Assembly (NCBI GenBank): GCA_044346175.1
Contig: JBIIZQ010000005.1
Location: 86,985-150,984, forward strand
DNA from: Vampirovibrionales bacterium
GTDB lineage: Bacteria; Cyanobacteriota; Vampirovibrionia; Vampirovibrionales; JAJTHC01
Reading direction: 5' to 3'
Length of the DNA: 64,000 nucleotides
The notes under the pieces are model-generated. The model was not told the DNA's origin. It saw nothing but the letters and a program-made list of their open reading frames with translations, and did no database searches. The first letter of the stretch is position 1, and each line of letters starts with the position of its first letter. Below are positions 63,762-64,000 of the stretch, piece after piece. The position numbers and the translations under genes were made by a program.

Positions 63762-64000
63762 TTAATTAAAGTGCTGTAACTGTATAGGAATGGTTTTATT
63801 TAAAAATTCTTCATAAGATTTAACATTGCCACAGTCCTTAAACTGCCGTGCAACACCATCAGGCACAACAAGTGTCATATTTTGACTCCCCATTTTTTGA
63901 AGATTTGTCCTTGTGAGCTTATCATCAAGTGTTAACAAATAAACACTAGGGATTTTAGTCCGAACCATTTCTTCAGCAACCTCTTGCCACCGCTCTCTTA
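63762..64000 (-). CDS. C-terminal fragment of an ORF immediately upstream of the C5-MTase; candidate cognate restriction endonuclease (5' end off-window)
   Basis: The frame stays open to position 64000 (...ERWQEVAEEMVRTKIPSVYLL...QHFN*). AT-rich, with a 15-nt gap to the MTase start. I see no diagnostic motif in the visible 79 aa. Confidence 0.35.
   Translation of the reverse strand, partial: RERWQEVAEEMVRTKIPSVYLLTLDDKLTRTNLQKMGSQNMTLVVPDGVARQFKDCGNVKSYEEFLNKTIPIQLQHFN

Overview
64-kb chromosomal window, roughly mid-40s %GC by eye, from a diderm bacterium I cannot place (LptD/OstA-like protein, MurJ, LCP, plastid-type FNR; no lineage-specific marker seen). I support about 48 protein genes, one tRNA-Leu, several intrinsic terminators and a family of short dispersed repeats. 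I see no rRNA, CRISPR array, transposase, integrase or phage structural gene. Recognisable genes: ugd (partial), GH38 mannosidase-like, a 1103-aa M16 peptidase, AI-2E transporter, DAACS symporter, prs, dgkA-like, recR, coaBC, LCP/LytR, two GDPD-like genes, gamma-CA-like, UbiD-family decarboxylase, HIT, FNR, patatin-like lipase, ABC-F, EVE, HAD, a 1230-aa STAND-type NTPase, aroC, rpmB, FAS1, radical SAM, DegT aminotransferase and murJ. There are two restriction-modification cassettes: a low-GC R+M island at 20.2-22.3 kb, and a C5-MTase plus a truncated upstream ORF at 62.6-64.0 kb. About a third of the ORFs are orphans rich in Q/T/P/S/H. Most worth a second look: (1) an unrecognised three-gene operon at 8.5-12.3 kb (a ~110-aa helical-hairpin protein, a 438-aa Gly-rich FG-like protein and a 667-aa TPR protein), whose small protein has a 45%-identical paralog alone in a 1.7-kb gene-poor region at 24.1 kb; (2) six genes that begin with three or four consecutive ATG codons; (3) a ~35-100-nt hairpin repeat family in at least five copies, two of them bracketing the radical SAM gene; (4) a 419-aa protein with a transglutaminase-like Cys-His-Asp C-terminus; (5) a tRNA-Leu whose hand fold gives anticodon AAG. 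All coordinates outside the ORF track were counted by hand and may be off by 1-2 nt. No database search or folding program was run.
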